Assembly (NCBI GenBank): GCA_041497895.1
Contig: JBGQHJ010000006.1
Coordinates: 1 to 64,000 of the forward strand
From: Candidatus Methylomirabilia bacterium
GTDB taxonomy: Bacteria > Methylomirabilota > Methylomirabilia > Rokubacteriales > CSP1-6
DNA: 64,000 bases
Direction of reading: 5' to 3'
Position numbers and translations under genes: made by a program. The notes under the pieces are model-generated. The model searched no databases. It was not told the DNA's origin and saw only the letters and a list, made by a program, of their open reading frames with translations. Below are positions 19,501 to 30,154 of this stretch, piece after piece (within the stretch, counting starts at the first letter, position 1; each line of letters begins with the position of its first letter).

Positions 19501-20094
19501 GTCAAGCGCGGAGGGCTGCGTCGCGACGAGGTGGCCCAGCTGGCCCGGGTGGGCGCGCTCGCCAGCCTCGAGCCCGAGCGCCGGGCCGCGCTGTGGGAGG
19601 CCGAGCGCGCGGGGCGGCCCGCGGGGGCGCTCTACGAGGAGCTGCCGTCGTCCAGGGAGGACTCGCCGCTACGGCCGATGACCGCCGAGGAGCGGCTGGT
19701 CGCCGACTACGACGGCACCGGCCTCACCCTCGGTCCCCATCCGATGGCGTTCCGCCGCGGGCGACTGTTACGAATGGGGGTGTCGCGCACGGCGGATCTC
19801 GCCGCCTTCCGTCACGGCGCGTGGGTGAAGGTGGCGGGCGCGGTGGTGGTGCGCCAGCGCCCCGGCACCGCCAAGGGCTTCGTCTTCCTCAACCTCGAGG
19901 ACGAGACCGGCCTGGTCAACGTGATCGTGCACCCCGCGCTCTTCCACCGGCACCGGCTGGCGCTGGTCAACGAGTCGTTCCTGCTGATCGAGGGCACGCT
20001 CCAGCGCCAGGACAACGTCACCTCCGTGCGCGCCGAGCGGCTCGCCCCCCTGCGCCATCGCCTGGCGAGCGTGCCCTCGCACGATTTTCACTGA
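16558..20094 (+). CDS. dnaE2: Error-prone DNA polymerase DnaE2 (ImuC), intein-containing
   Basis: PHP FVELHARSAFSFL, GRGSAANS, PDIDLD, PRHLGQHSGG, KVDLLGLG, RQRPGTAKG OB fold, C-terminal SHDFH (SRDFH-type motif). Confidence 0.95.
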   Translation: MFVELHARSAFSFLEAAALPEALAERAAALGQPGIALLDADGVYGAPRLYRACTRLGLSALVGAEVTLADGSRLPLLVEDREGYQNLCRLLTRVKMRAPKGEGAATLDELSEYAGGLVCLTGGGRGPVAAALERDGAPAGRRLVERLVSIYGRFNVFAELQRHLSRAEEAGNEWVRAEAQRLRLTPLATNEPRLIARRARPLLDALTCIREHVTLEAAGRRLARNSEHFMKSGATMERLFADCPEAVANTGELALRLGFTLKDLGYRFPDYPLPRGETPIGFLRTLAHAGARTRYGGGPLAGKARRQIEHELALIERLDLAGYFLIVWDLVQYCGAHGVLVQGRGSAANSAVCYALGLTAVDPVGMELLFERFLSEERGEWPDIDLDLPSGDRREQVIQYVYERYGRLGAAMTANVITYRGRSAAREIGKVLGLPADVIERLSQLVSNWEYNDPGDSLLAHLGEAGCDPAEPRVQHFARLWSAIQDLPRHLGQHSGGMVIAQGRLDGVVPLEPATMPGRSVVQWDKDDCAALGIVKVDLLGLGMMSLLQDALEMIRRRGGEVDLAHLPQDPKVYRMLQAADTIGVFQVESRAQMATLPRLRPERFYDLVVQVAIIRPGPIVGDMVHPYLRRRAGREEITVPHPALEPILKRTLGVPLFQEQLLRMAMATAGFTGGEAEELRRAFGFKRSERAMKEVELKLRAGMARQGISGDAAEAIIHSITAFALYGFPECVAGDTRVIDAETGRRVRIEDVVEGRASLGHTLACDPDLKIRTRRVLAATPSGSRMVYRLRTFLGREVVTTPEHLLLTEKGWRPLGSLQFDDHVATAEADASGVGWDCVMSVEPAGMSPTYDLAVEEDHNFVADGLIVHNSHAASFALLAYASAYLKAYHPAAFYAALLNNQPMGFYDPATIVNDAGRHGQVIHPADVNYSGWLCTIESTGSPAGAVRLGLRYVRGLREEAGLRLEAERKRRPFASVEDLVKRGGLRRDEVAQLARVGALASLEPERRAALWEAERAGRPAGALYEELPSSREDSPLRPMTAEERLVADYDGTGLTLGPHPMAFRRGRLLRMGVSRTADLAAFRHGAWVKVAGAVVVRQRPGTAKGFVFLNLEDETGLVNVIVHPALFHRHRLALVNESFLLIEGTLQRQDNVTSVRAERLAPLRHRLASVPSHDFH
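18751..19170 (+). mobile_element. Mini-intein (140 aa, no homing endonuclease) in DnaE2
   Basis: Interrupts YGFPE|SHAASF; block A CVAGDTRV, block B TTPEH, block F TYDLAVEEDHNFVADG, block G IVHN followed by Ser+1. Confidence 0.93.
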
Positions 20095-20971
20095 GGCTCT
20101 CCACCGCGGCCAGGAACACGCGCAGGGCCGGCGTCTCCGGCTTGTCGCGCCGGCGCACCAGCCCGAGGCGCCGCACCAGCGCGGGGGAGAGCGGGCGCAT
20201 CCGGAGCGCGCCCGCCCGCACCTCGTCCCGCACCGCCATCGCCGGGCTCACCGAGACCCCGAGCCCGGCGCCCACCAGCTTCTTGATGGCCTCCTCGTTG
20301 CCGAGCTCCATCACCACCCGCGGCCGCGCGCCGCCGCGCCGGAACCAGTCGTCGATCACACGCCGGATGGTGCCGCCGCGCTCGTAGAGGATGAGCGGCT
20401 GGCGCGCCAGCTCGACCGCGGTCAGGGCGCCCGGGCCCGGCCACTCGTGGCCGGGCGGGCCCACCGCCACCAGCGGGTCGAGGCGAAACGGGGTCACCGC
20501 GAGCTGACGGCCGGTGACCGGCAGGGTGACGAGCCCCACGTCGAGCTCGTTGGCCGCCACCGCGGCCGCGATCTCGGGCGCGTTGCCGGTGACCACGATC
20601 AGCTCCAGCTCCGGATACCGGACCCGCATCCGTCGCAGCAGCGGGGGCAGCAGGTGGATGCTCGCGGTGGCCCCGGTGCCGAGGCGGAGCCGCCCCGCCA
20701 CCACCCCGCGGAGCTGGCGGAGCGCCTCCTGGGCGCGGTCGAGCTCGGCGAAGGCGCGGCCGGCGTGCTCGAGGAGGACGGTGCCGGCCGGGGTGGGGAA
20801 GGCGCGCTTGCCCACCCGCTCGAGCAGGGCGGTGCCGCAGCGGGCCTCGAGCTGGCGCATGTGCAGGCTGACCGCGGGCTGGCTCAGGTGCAGGCTCTCG
20901 GCCGCGCGCGAGAAGCTGCCGTGGCGAGCGATCTCCCGGAGCGTCCGCACGTGGGCGGGATTGAGATCCAT
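20018..20971 (-). CDS. LysR family transcriptional regulator
   Basis: SFSRAAESLHLSQPAVSLHMRQLE HTH and substrate-binding domain; 3' end overlaps dnaE2. Confidence 0.92.
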   Translation of the reverse strand: MDLNPAHVRTLREIARHGSFSRAAESLHLSQPAVSLHMRQLEARCGTALLERVGKRAFPTPAGTVLLEHAGRAFAELDRAQEALRQLRGVVAGRLRLGTGATASIHLLPPLLRRMRVRYPELELIVVTGNAPEIAAAVAANELDVGLVTLPVTGRQLAVTPFRLDPLVAVGPPGHEWPGPGALTAVELARQPLILYERGGTIRRVIDDWFRRGGARPRVVMELGNEEAIKKLVGAGLGVSVSPAMAVRDEVRAGALRMRPLSPALVRRLGLVRRRDKPETPALRVFLAAVESLSENRARARSPGDGAGGRAARRARR

Positions 20972-21066
20972 CGCCTCGCAGTATTCCTGATCGTTTGCAT
21001 GAGAACAATCTATTTCCCTCATCGGGTTCTCGTCGGCACACTGGCGGGCGAGGAGGGCGACATCCT

Positions 21067-21561
21067 ATGGGGGACGTCTCGATCCGCCCCGCGACGCCGG
21101 ACGACGCCGCGGCGATCTGCACCATCTACAACCAGGGCATCGAGGATCGCATCGCCACGCTCGAGACCGAGCTGCGCACGCCCGAGGAGCGGCGGCAGTG
21201 GATGGCCGCCCGCGCGGCGCGCCATCCGGTGGTGGTGGCGGTGACCGGTGGTCAGGTGGTCGGCTGGGGCAGCCTCAACTCGTTCAACCCCCGGCCCGCC
21301 TACGACAACGTGGTCGACCTCTCCGTCTACGTCGAGCGCGCCTGGCGCGGTCGCGGGGTGGGGCGCGCCCTCCTGCGGCGCCTGCTGCCGCTCGCGAAGA
21401 CGCTCGGGTACCACAAGATGGTGCTGGCCACGTTCCCGTACAACGAGGTGGGAGTGGCCCTCTACCGGAAGATGGGCTTCGCGCCGGTCGGGGTCTACCA
21501 CGAGCAGGGCCGGCTCGACGGCCGCTGGGTCGACGTGCTGATCATGGAGCGCCTGCTCTGA
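21067..21561 (+). CDS. ArsN1/phosphinothricin-type GNAT N-acetyltransferase
   Basis: IYNQGIEDRIATLET, SVYVERAWRGRGVG and GRLDGRWVDV. Confidence 0.82.
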   Translation: MGDVSIRPATPDDAAAICTIYNQGIEDRIATLETELRTPEERRQWMAARAARHPVVVAVTGGQVVGWGSLNSFNPRPAYDNVVDLSVYVERAWRGRGVGRALLRRLLPLAKTLGYHKMVLATFPYNEVGVALYRKMGFAPVGVYHEQGRLDGRWVDVLIMERLL

Positions 21562-22781
21562 GCTACGGCTGGACCGTGGTCGGCACCCTCTGCGTCACCG
21601 AGATCGTCTCGTGGGGCATCATGTACTACGGCTTCCCGGTGTTCCTGGGCGCGATGGAGGCCGACCTCGGAGCCTCCCGGGTCGCGATCACCGGCGCCTT
21701 CACCGTCGGCATGGCGGTGGCCGCGCTCGCCGCGCTGCCGGTCGGCCGCTGGCTCGACCGTCGGGGCCCGTGGGGCCTGATGACGGTCGGCTCGTGTCTC
21801 GGGACCGCGCTCATGGTCGCCTGGTCCCGGGTGCACGGCGTGGTCGGGCTCTACGTGGTGTGGACGCTGATGGGGCTCGCGCTGGCCGCCACGCTCTACG
21901 AGCCCGCGTTCGGGGCGGTGGTCCGCTGGTTCCCGACCGACAATCGTGATCGCGCGCTCACCATCGTCACCCTCGCCGGCGCGCTGGCGAGCACCATCTT
22001 CATGCCGATCAGCGCGGGATTCCTCGAGCACTGGGGCTGGCGCCCGGCGCTGCTGGGCCTCGCCGTGATCCTCGCGGTCCTGACCATTCCGCTCCACGCC
22101 CTCGTGCTGCGGCGGCAGCCGCCGCACTTCGTCAAGGGCGCCTCGCGCAAGGCCCGCGACGCGGGGCGGGGGCCGGGGGTGCCGCTCGGGGTGGTCGCCC
22201 GCGCGCCCATCTTCTGGGCGCTCTCCCTCGCGTTCTCGATCGGCAGCTTCTCCACCGCCGCGGTCACGCTGCACCTGATCCCCTACATGGTCGAGAACGG
22301 CCACGTCGCGACCGCGGTGGCCATCGCCATCGGCTGGATGGGCGCGATGCAGATCGCCGGCCGGCTCCTCTTCGTCGCGGTGGCCGGGCGCTTCGGGGCG
22401 CTCGGCGTGACCATGGCGGTGTTCCTCGCGCAGGCCCTCGGGCTCGGCCTGGTCGCGCTCGCGCCCTCGCTGCCGGGGGGCCTGTTCCTCGTGATCGTGG
22501 TGCTGGGCGCGGCCAACGGCATGGCCACGCTCGCGCGGGCCACCACGCTCGCCGAGGTGTTCGGTCCCGCGCACTACGCGACGATCAGCGGCGCGGTGGC
22601 GCTCGGCGCCAACGGCGCGCGGGCGCTCGGACCGGTGGGGGCCGCAGTGCTCTACACGCTGCTCGGCGGCTATCGCCCGGTGTTCTGGTCCCTGGCCGGC
22701 GCGCTGCTGCTGGTGGGCGCGATCGTGGCCGTGAGCGGCGGGCGCGGGGTGCGGGTGGAGGAGGTCGCCGGCCGCGCGTAG
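21558..22781 (+). CDS. MFS transporter (start CTG 21558 or GTG 21576)
   Basis: About 12 TM helices, GRWLDRRG motif A, LYEPAF, GALASTIF. Confidence 0.85.
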   Translation: MSYGWTVVGTLCVTEIVSWGIMYYGFPVFLGAMEADLGASRVAITGAFTVGMAVAALAALPVGRWLDRRGPWGLMTVGSCLGTALMVAWSRVHGVVGLYVVWTLMGLALAATLYEPAFGAVVRWFPTDNRDRALTIVTLAGALASTIFMPISAGFLEHWGWRPALLGLAVILAVLTIPLHALVLRRQPPHFVKGASRKARDAGRGPGVPLGVVARAPIFWALSLAFSIGSFSTAAVTLHLIPYMVENGHVATAVAIAIGWMGAMQIAGRLLFVAVAGRFGALGVTMAVFLAQALGLGLVALAPSLPGGLFLVIVVLGAANGMATLARATTLAEVFGPAHYATISGAVALGANGARALGPVGAAVLYTLLGGYRPVFWSLAGALLLVGAIVAVSGGRGVRVEEVAGRA

Positions 22782-22823
22782 ACCACGGGTCCCCTCGCGG
22801 TTTGTGGGTTACGATAGGTCCCT

Positions 22824-25118
22824 ATGCTCGCGGGCTGGGGTCGGTTCGTCCATCGCTTCCGATTCGCGGTCATCGCGCTCTCCCTCGCGAGCCTGGCTCC
22901 GTCGCTCTGGCTGATCGCCCACGGCGGCCGCCTCGCCACCACCGACGTGCCGACCACCACCGAGTCGGGGCGTGCGCTCGACCTGATCGGGCGCGAGCTG
23001 CCCGGCCGCCCGCCGTCCTTCAGCTTCATCTTCAGCAGCCCCACCCGCTCCGCGAAGGACCCCGCGTTCCGGCGGGAGGTCGAGGCCGCCCTGGCGCCGC
23101 TCCGCCGCGACGAGCGGGTGGCCCGGGTGGTGACCGCCTACGACCCGCCGGTCTACGACGCCTCGGTGCCGGCGGCGGAGATGATCTCGCGGGACGGCCG
23201 GCGCGCGCTCGCGGTGGTGGAGCTGAAGGGGGAGTCGGCCGCGTTCTCGTCGCTCGAGTTCTCGGTGCTGCCGCCCGACGTGTACCCGTCGCTGCGGGCC
23301 AAGGTGAAGACCGAGACGCTCGAGCTGCTGCCGGTCGGCAACATCCCGCTCAATCACGACTTCACCGAGGTGACCCGCACGGACCTGCAGCGCGCCGAGC
23401 TGGTGATCCTGCCCCTGGTCGTCATCCTGCTGCTGCTCGTGTTCGGCTCCGTGGTGGCCGCGCTCCTGCCGCTCCTGGTGGGCGCGCTCTCGATGGCGGG
23501 CGCCATCGCGGGCACGCTGCTCATGGCCCGCTACACGTCGGTGTCGGTCTACGCGCCCAACATCGTGACCATGATCGGCCTCGGAGTCGCGATCGACTAC
23601 TCGCTCTTCATCGTGAGCCGCTTTCGCGAGGAGATCCGCGCGCGCCCCACGCCGGAGGCCCTCGCGCGCACCATGGCCACCGCGGGCCGGGCCATCCTCT
23701 TCTCCGGACTCACGGTGGCCATCGGGCTCCTCGGCATGGTCTTCCTCGGGCTCGGCAACATCGGCTCGATCGGTTGGGCCGGCACCGTGGTCGTGTCGCT
23801 GGCGGTGGTCTACGCCGTGACCCTGCTACCGGCGCTGCTCGCGGTCCTGGGTCCCCGGGTGAACTCGCTGCGGCTCCCGTTCGTCCACCCGGAGCGATCG
23901 CGAGCCGGACGCGGGCTCTGGCACACGGTGGCGGTCACCGTGATGACGCATCCGTGGGCGGTGTTCCTCTCGGTCTCCGCGCTGCTCCTGATCCTGGGCC
24001 TGCCGTTCCTGCACCTGCGGGTGGGCTCGGGCGACGTCAACGCGCTGCCGCCCGAGGCGGTCTCTCGCCGCGGCGACGAAGTGCTCCGCGAGCACTTCCC
24101 GGGCGGTGACAGCAACCGTGTCCTGGTGGTGGTGCGCTACCCGGACGGCTCGCCGCTCACCGCGGAGCGGATCGGCGGTCTCTACGACCTGAGCCGCTGG
24201 CTGGCCAAGCGGCCCAACGTGGGCCGCGTCGAGAGCCTGGTCGACCTCGACCCGAGCGTGACGCGCGAGCAGTACCAGCAGCTCGCCACCGCGCCGCCGG
24301 CGATGCGGCCGCCCGGGGTGCAGCAGCTGCTGCGCCAGACCGTGGGCGGCCGGCTCGCCCTGCTCGTGGTCGCCACCCCGCTCAAGCCATCGAGCGAGGA
24401 GGCGCGCGCGCTGGTCCAGGAGATCCGCGCCTCCCATCCCGTGGTGGGAGGCGAGGTACTGGTGACCGGGCAGACCGCGTTCGACCTCGACATCATCAGC
24501 CTGGTCACCCGGCACGCGCCGCTCACGGTGGGTCTGGTCATGCTCGCCACCTACGTGGTGCTGTTCCTGCTGCTGGGCTCCGTGCTGCTGCCGCTCAAGG
24601 CGGTGATCATGAACTTGCTGTCGATCAGCGCCTCCTACGGGGCGCTGGTGTGGATCTTCCAGGAAGGCCACCTCTCGGGCTGGCTCGACTTCACGCCCGG
24701 TCCCATCCAGACCGCGACGCCGCTCATCATGTTCTGCTTCGTCTTCGGGCTCTCCATGGACTACGAGGTCCTGCTGCTGAGCCGGGTGCGGGAAGAGTAC
24801 GAGCGCGGCGGCGACACCGCCCACGCGGTGGCCGAGGCGCTCGAGTCGACCGGCCGGCTCATCACCGGCGCCGCCGCGATCATGGCCGCGGTGTTCTTCG
24901 GGTTCGCCACCGCGCGCTCGGTGATCATCCAGGCGGTGGGCATCGGCATCGGCCTGGCGGTGGTGATCGACGCGACCATCGTGCGCGCGCTGCTGGTGCC
25001 CGCCACCATGCGCCTGATGGGGCGGTGGAACTGGTGGGCGCCCGCGCCGCTGGCCGCTCTCTACCGCCGCCTGGGGCTGGCCGAGCGCAGCTCCAATGCC
25101 GAAGTCGTTCCGCGATAG
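22824..25118 (+). CDS. MMPL family (RND-like) transporter
   Basis: GLGVAIDYSLFIVSRFREE and FGLSMDYEVLLLSRVREE in two repeats; TAGRAILFSG. Confidence 0.92.
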   Translation: MLAGWGRFVHRFRFAVIALSLASLAPSLWLIAHGGRLATTDVPTTTESGRALDLIGRELPGRPPSFSFIFSSPTRSAKDPAFRREVEAALAPLRRDERVARVVTAYDPPVYDASVPAAEMISRDGRRALAVVELKGESAAFSSLEFSVLPPDVYPSLRAKVKTETLELLPVGNIPLNHDFTEVTRTDLQRAELVILPLVVILLLLVFGSVVAALLPLLVGALSMAGAIAGTLLMARYTSVSVYAPNIVTMIGLGVAIDYSLFIVSRFREEIRARPTPEALARTMATAGRAILFSGLTVAIGLLGMVFLGLGNIGSIGWAGTVVVSLAVVYAVTLLPALLAVLGPRVNSLRLPFVHPERSRAGRGLWHTVAVTVMTHPWAVFLSVSALLLILGLPFLHLRVGSGDVNALPPEAVSRRGDEVLREHFPGGDSNRVLVVVRYPDGSPLTAERIGGLYDLSRWLAKRPNVGRVESLVDLDPSVTREQYQQLATAPPAMRPPGVQQLLRQTVGGRLALLVVATPLKPSSEEARALVQEIRASHPVVGGEVLVTGQTAFDLDIISLVTRHAPLTVGLVMLATYVVLFLLLGSVLLPLKAVIMNLLSISASYGALVWIFQEGHLSGWLDFTPGPIQTATPLIMFCFVFGLSMDYEVLLLSRVREEYERGGDTAHAVAEALESTGRLITGAAAIMAAVFFGFATARSVIIQAVGIGIGLAVVIDATIVRALLVPATMRLMGRWNWWAPAPLAALYRRLGLAERSSNAEVVPR

Positions 25119-26139
25119 CGCGCCGCCTCCGCTGATCCGGCACCACCCCGAGGGCCCGGTCACCACCGAGTACCGGGTGGGGCTCTGCGCCTGGCAGGAC
25201 AAGAGCATGGTGCAGGAGGGATCGTTCTATCCCATCAAGAGCATGAAGGCGGAGGAGCGGCTCTGGTGGTACAGCCGCTTCTTCGACTGCGTCGAGGTCA
25301 ACTCCACGTTCTACGCCCCGCTCTCCGCTCAGAACGCGATGCTCTGGGCCCGGCGCACGCCTCCCGGCTTCCTGTTCAGCGTGAAGGCCTACGCGCTGCT
25401 CACCGGGCATCACCTCGACGCCCTGCGCCTGCCGCCGCCGCTCCTCGAGATGCTGCCCGCGCGCGCCCGGCCCGACGCGCGCGGCCGCCTCGACAACGCG
25501 GTCTTCGGCGAGGAGGCGCGGGAGTGGGTCTTCGCCGCGTTCCGCGAGGCGCTCCGGCCGCTCGCCGACGCGGGCAAGCTCGGCTACGTGCTGTTCCAGA
25601 TGGCGCCGTGGGTGAAGTACGGCGAGCGGGCGGTCGAGTACCTGGCGGGCCTTCCCGCGCGGCTGCCCGGCGTGACCATCGCGGTGGAGTTCCGCGACGC
25701 CTCCTGGCTGCCCCGCCACGCGGAGGAGACCTTGGCCCTGCTCCGCGACCGGGGCCTCACCTACGTCTCGGTGGACGCCCCGCGCACTCCCGCCGCGGTC
25801 GACACCACGGTCGCCCTCACGTCGCCCACCGCGATCCTGCGCCTGCATGGGCGCAACCGGGAGGGCTTCATGAAGCAGCTCCGCGGCCAGGAGCCGAGCG
25901 TGGCCGAGAAGTACGGGTACCTCTACGACCGGGAGGAGCTGGCCGGGATCGTGGCGCGGGGTCGGGCCCTCGAGGGTCACGCGCGGCGCGTCTTCTTCAA
26001 GCTCAACAACAACGTGGGAGACGCGCCGGCCCTCAACGGCGAGGACATCAAGGAGCTCCTGGGGCAGGAGAGCCCCGACCGTTCGGCGGTGGAGCAGGAG
26101 TGGCGGAGCCGGCGCCGAGCGCGGCCGGAGGTGCCCTGA
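25096..26139 (+). CDS. DUF72 (YecE-like) protein
   Basis: YSRFFDCVEVNSTFY, FSVKA, LFQMAP, AVEFRDASW and RLHGRN. Confidence 0.88.
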   Translation: MPKSFRDSAPPPLIRHHPEGPVTTEYRVGLCAWQDKSMVQEGSFYPIKSMKAEERLWWYSRFFDCVEVNSTFYAPLSAQNAMLWARRTPPGFLFSVKAYALLTGHHLDALRLPPPLLEMLPARARPDARGRLDNAVFGEEAREWVFAAFREALRPLADAGKLGYVLFQMAPWVKYGERAVEYLAGLPARLPGVTIAVEFRDASWLPRHAEETLALLRDRGLTYVSVDAPRTPAAVDTTVALTSPTAILRLHGRNREGFMKQLRGQEPSVAEKYGYLYDREELAGIVARGRALEGHARRVFFKLNNNVGDAPALNGEDIKELLGQESPDRSAVEQEWRSRRRARPEVP

Positions 26140-26195
26140 ACCCCCTGGAATCCACGTGCTAGAATGGCGCATCTAAACCGGGCGGAGGGCGCAGG

Positions 26196-26582
26196 GTGCC
26201 GATCTACGAGTACGAGTGCCAGGGCTGCCGACGCCGGCTCAGCCTGCTCATCCGCACGCGGGAGGCGGCCGAGGCGCCGCGATGTCCGCGATGTGGCAGC
26301 GCCGAGCTCTCGCGCCTGATGTCCCGTTTCGCCACCGTGAAGTCCGAAGACGCCCGCCTCGACTCCCTCTCCGATCCCTCCAGCTTCGGTGACCTCGACG
26401 AGAACGACCCCCGCAGCGTGGCCCAGTTCGTCAAGAAGATGGGCTCCGAGATGGGGGAGGACCTGGGCCCGGACCTCGACGCCGCCATGGACGAGGCGAT
26501 GGCCGAGGGCGAGACCGGGACCGACGGCGAGGGGAGCCTGATGGACGCGGCCGGTGGTGGCGACGACACGGGAGACCTCTGA
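26196..26582 (+). CDS. FmdB family zinc-ribbon protein with acidic tail
   Basis: PIYEYECQGC...CPRCGS; TAGAAT extended -10 upstream at about 26160. Confidence 0.85.
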   Translation: MPIYEYECQGCRRRLSLLIRTREAAEAPRCPRCGSAELSRLMSRFATVKSEDARLDSLSDPSSFGDLDENDPRSVAQFVKKMGSEMGEDLGPDLDAAMDEAMAEGETGTDGEGSLMDAAGGGDDTGDL

Positions 26583-26585
26583 GCC

Positions 26586-27565
26586 ATGAAGATCGAGGTC
26601 CACCCGGATCTCCACGCCCTCGACGAGGCCCGGTGGAACGGGCTGCTCGACCGGGTACGGCTGCCGTCGGTGTTCCTGACCTGGCAGTGGCAGACCGAGT
26701 GGGTCGCGGCGTTCGCGACGGACCGCCCGAAGCAGATCCTGGCCGTCATGGACGGCGCCGGCGAGCTGGCGGGGCTGCTGCCGCTCTACGAGGACGCGCC
26801 CGGTCGGCAGCGCATCGTCGGAGGGGTGGACGTCTCCGACTACCTCGACCTCATCGCCCCGGACGGCCGCGAGGAGGAGATCTGGGCCGCGCTGCTCCAG
26901 CACTGCGCGACCCAGCCCGCGGAGTGGGACCTCCACGGCATCCGCGCGGCCTCGGCCACCGCGGCGCTGGTGCCGGCGCTGGCGCCCGCGCGCGGCCTCA
27001 CTCCTACCGTGGAGCGCGAGGACCGCTGCCCGGTGCTGGCCCTGCCCAAGACCTGGGACGAGTACCTCGCGCACCTGTCCGGCAAGGACCGGCACGAGCT
27101 CCGGCGCAAGATCCGCCGGCTCGAGCGCGAGCTGCCCGGCGCGACCACGCGCTCGCACGCCGCGGTCGACGGCTGGGACGAGGCCATGACGCGCTTCCTC
27201 ACGCTGCACCGGCTCTCCAAGGTGGGCAAGGCGCGCTTCATGGACGAGCGGATGGAGCGCTTCTTCCGCTCCGCGACGCGCCGGCTGGCCGCGGCGGGCT
27301 GGGCGCGGCTCTGGTTCCTCGAGTTCGAGGGTGCCGCGGTGGCCGCGTTCCTGTGCCTCGAGCACGGCGGCAGCGTCGGCCTCTACAACTCGGGCTTCGA
27401 CCCCGCCCGGGCCGTGCTCGCCCCCGGCATCGTGCTCCTGGCCCACCTCATCCGCGACGCCATCGACCGCGGCTTCCCCATCTTCGACTTCCTGCGCGGC
27501 GAGGAGCCCTACAAGTACGGCTTCGGTCCCTCGCCGGAGGACGTGCTGAACGTGCGGGTGACCCG

Positions 27566-27569
<4 letters not shown>
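26586..27569 (+). CDS. GNAT family acetyltransferase (CelD/BcsL, Acetyltransf_6-like)
   Basis: SDYLDLI, LPKTWDEYLAHLSGKDRHELRRK, YNSGFDP and FDFLRGEEPYK. Confidence 0.85.
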
Positions 27570-30047
<2,478 letters not shown>

Positions 30048-30087
30048 GGACGCACCCGCCGCGAACGGTCGTCCGCCACTGGGGGAG

Positions 30088-30114
30088 TGCGGGGGCCAGT
30101 TCTGGGCCCCCGCA
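30088..30114. other. Intergenic GC-rich stem-loop
   Basis: TGCGGGGGCC-AGTTCTG-GGCCCCCGCA with no U-tract. Confidence 0.6.
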
Positions 30115-30154
30115 GCTGAAGAGCCTGAAGAACTAAACGATAGTCCGCTGTCTC

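Noticed and set aside
25096..26139. DUF72 as part of the imu cassette
   Set aside because: It is 5 kb away behind LysR, GNAT, MFS and MMPL genes; no evidence of co-regulation here
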